From Protoeuglena noctilucae (taxonomy: Eukaryota), in assembly GCA_958009085.1 (NCBI GenBank), contig OY253680.1, positions 186,001 through 250,000 on the forward strand: DNA of 64,000 bases, read 5' to 3'. The position numbers and the translations under genes are program-made. The first letter of the stretch is position 1, and each line of letters opens with the position of its first letter. Positions 61,694-64,000 of this stretch are shown here, piece after piece. The notes under the pieces were generated by a model. It saw only the letters and a list, made by a program, of their open reading frames with translations, had not been told where the DNA came from and searched no databases.

Positions 61694-64000
61694 ATGCTGC
61701 CCCAACTGGGGAACATCGATGAGGCAGAAGAACGCACCGTCCTGGAGTTCGGGTTCGGTGCCCAGGGCCTGGGGAAGAGCAGCGCCGGCGATGTCCCGTG
61801 CAGGCGAGGCTCGCGACGCACCGGTCCCGCTGTCCTCTCACCCGGCCGTTTCGACGTAGCGTCGCCCGCTCCCTCGCCGCGTCGGTCGCCAGGCAGCCCT
61901 CGCGCCGTATCTATTCAGCAGCTGATTCCGCCGAGGGCGAGCCGCGCGGCACGATGGACGGATCCCATGTGCGCTTGCGAAAGCTCTCCGGCGGGCTGGC
62001 GGGGAGCGCTCCCACCAGGGAGCCGCGGGAACCCGAGTGGAGCTTGTCTCTGGGAATCGCCGCTTCTCTCGAGCTCCGCTCTTGCGCGTCGAGACGCTTT
62101 CCCGATGGGCCAATGGAATCCGCGCTGTCCCGCCAGCCGCATCCGTAGGGCCGCCCCGGGTGTGCACAGTCGACCCCGCCCCCCGCCGGGCACACCCCCA
62201 AGCCGGGAGCCCCTCCGCTCTGCCCGCAGAGTAGCGCCGCGCACCGCCTCTCGACTGGCTTCCGGCCAGGGATGGGGCTGGTCCATCTGCGTGGCGGACG
62301 GGAACGAGCTGTACGCGTGGGGCCCCGTCCCGACAGCACGCGACCCTCCGTCGGACGCGCGGCCCGCCTCCGCCTCCGCGCCGCCCCACGTCTCCCTGGT
62401 GCCAGTCCCAGGCGGCTGCCAGCAGGCGTCGGCGTGGCGCTCGACGATCGTCGCCTGCAACGCGAGCGGAGAGCTCTTCCAGGTGCCGACCCGCCATCTG
62501 CCGCCATCCGCAGGCAGCCGCCATCCCGTGGCTCTCCCTCGCGCCCCATCGCGCTGATTGACTCGGGCACTTCACTCCGCTCCGCCGCATCCCCCCGCGC
62601 AGGCCTCCGTGGATGCGCTGACGGAGGCGGGGGAGGCGCGAGACCCTTCGTCCCCTGCCGTGTGGCGCGTCGAGGTGGTCGAGTTCCCGTTGCAGAGCAT
62701 AGCGTTAAGCCAAGTCGCGGCGGGCGAGGGGCACTGCCTGGCGCTCAGGTGAGGGCACGCCTCCGAGCGTCGCGTGTCGGTGTTGCATCACACGCGGCGC
62801 ACGTGGTCACAGGGTCTCTGTTGCCCCCAGCACGGCTCTATGTCTTTGCCCCCCCGCAGTGAGACGGGCGAGGTGTGGGCATGGGGTTCGAACGACTGCG
62901 GTCAGGTCCGAGGGAACGTGCTGCGGGAGGTCTCACGCCCCGCGCTCGTGTGGGGGCCGGCCATGATGTCGGCCATCGAGGTCGAGATGGGCGCCCAGTC
63001 CGACTCGGGTGCGTGAGACCGTCGTTGCGCGCGAGGGAGGGGCGGCGTCTGCTCAAGGCCCTACGCCCGCTGGCACAGCCACCGTGACGACACCCACCCA
63101 ACCTCAACTTCTTGCCGCCCCCGCAGGCTCGGAGGGCCGCCGCGCCTCTGCCGGCGCGCTGGGCGTGCGTTCGGCCACGCAGCCGCGCATGCACGCCCGC
63201 CCGCTGTCGACCGCGAGCTCCTTCCGCTTACCCACCAAGGCCGCCTCGGCCCTGTCGCCCCTCGCCACCACGCAGTCCCTCGTGCCGTCCTTCCGCTTCC
63301 ACGCCTCGCCGCTCGAGACTCCCGCGAGCCCCCGCACGCTGACCACCATCCCCAGCTCCCGACTCGCGTCGGGCACAGACGCAGAGAACAACCCCACACC
63401 GGTCCTGGGGCCCCTGGGGGCCGTGTCAGGCATCGCCCCCGCACCCCAGGGCGCGCCGGGGATGGGCCCGGTGCCCGCTGCGGCCCCCGGGCTCCTCGGC
63501 AGCGTCCCACGCGGGGCCGGGCCCAACAAGCAGAAGAGCGGCATCTCGAGGTTCGCCTCGGTCCGGGGCACGGCGGGGCACATGGGGGCAGCGCCCGCGG
63601 TGAGCCTGGCTGCTGCGGTGCCTCGGTTGCCTCCTGCCCTACCCGCTCTTGCGTTGCGACCTCAGACGCTGCGGATAGCCCAGCGTCGTGCATCTGTGCT
63701 CGTGCCAGGCCTGTCAGCACGAGCGTGTTGGTTGTACAGCACGTCGCGATATGCGAATCCGCTTTTCGCCTCTTCCCGCAGCTGGCAAACGGCACGGCCG
63801 GTGGCACCCAGCAGCAGGGCTGGCACGCCCACTCGGCCCAGAGCGTGGCCGCCGGGTCTCGCCACAGCTGCATCGTGATGCGGGCGGGGGAGGTGCTTCT
63901 GTGGGGCTGGAACCTCTACGGGCAGTGTGGGCAGGACCCGATGGCGAAGGCGAGCGAGGACGTCGGCCGTTCTTGGCGACTGAGAGCCAAGCAGGCTTGT
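61694..64000 (+). CDS. RCC1-repeat beta-propeller protein (3' end outside window)
   Basis: QVAAGEGHCLAL|SETGEVWAWGSNDCGQ and VAAGSRHSCIVMRAGEVLLWGWNLYGQCG repeats. Confidence 0.88.

Noticed and set aside
61694..64000. Calling the RCC1 protein UVR8
   Set aside because: No GWRHT motifs visible, only generic RCC1 repeats.

Overview
GC-rich, intron-containing eukaryotic DNA, most likely from a green alga (plastid-type RPH1, YLMG, TPI and VGT-type sugar transporter, plus plant-type CDPK, MSL channel, TKI1-like and GT47). I built about 23 spliced gene models by eye; exon boundaries and several start codons are approximate. In order: eIF2B-delta (3' end), CDPK, ATG18/WIPI, Methyltransf_16-type methyltransferase, ankyrin protein, sugar porter, small 2-TM protein, MscS-like channel, degenerate MBOAT, unknown, EGF-GT47, RPL27, SpoU, YLMG, RPH1, TPI, CDKL kinase (200-N gap inside), 2xDOMON-cytochrome b561, GPI-anchored DOMON, multi-TM degenerate class III cyclase, TKI1-like, HAT1 and RCC1-repeat protein. 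I recognised no rRNA, tRNA, CRISPR array or transposase. Main observations: (1) many introns carry copies of the neighbouring exon end and splice site, and in ATG18 a 66-nt copy differs only at synonymous positions; (2) at least nine GC-AG introns; (3) near-perfect alternation of gene orientation; (4) a head-to-head DOMON-cyt b561 / GPI-DOMON paralogue pair; (5) two apparent pseudoenzymes (cyclase, MBOAT).
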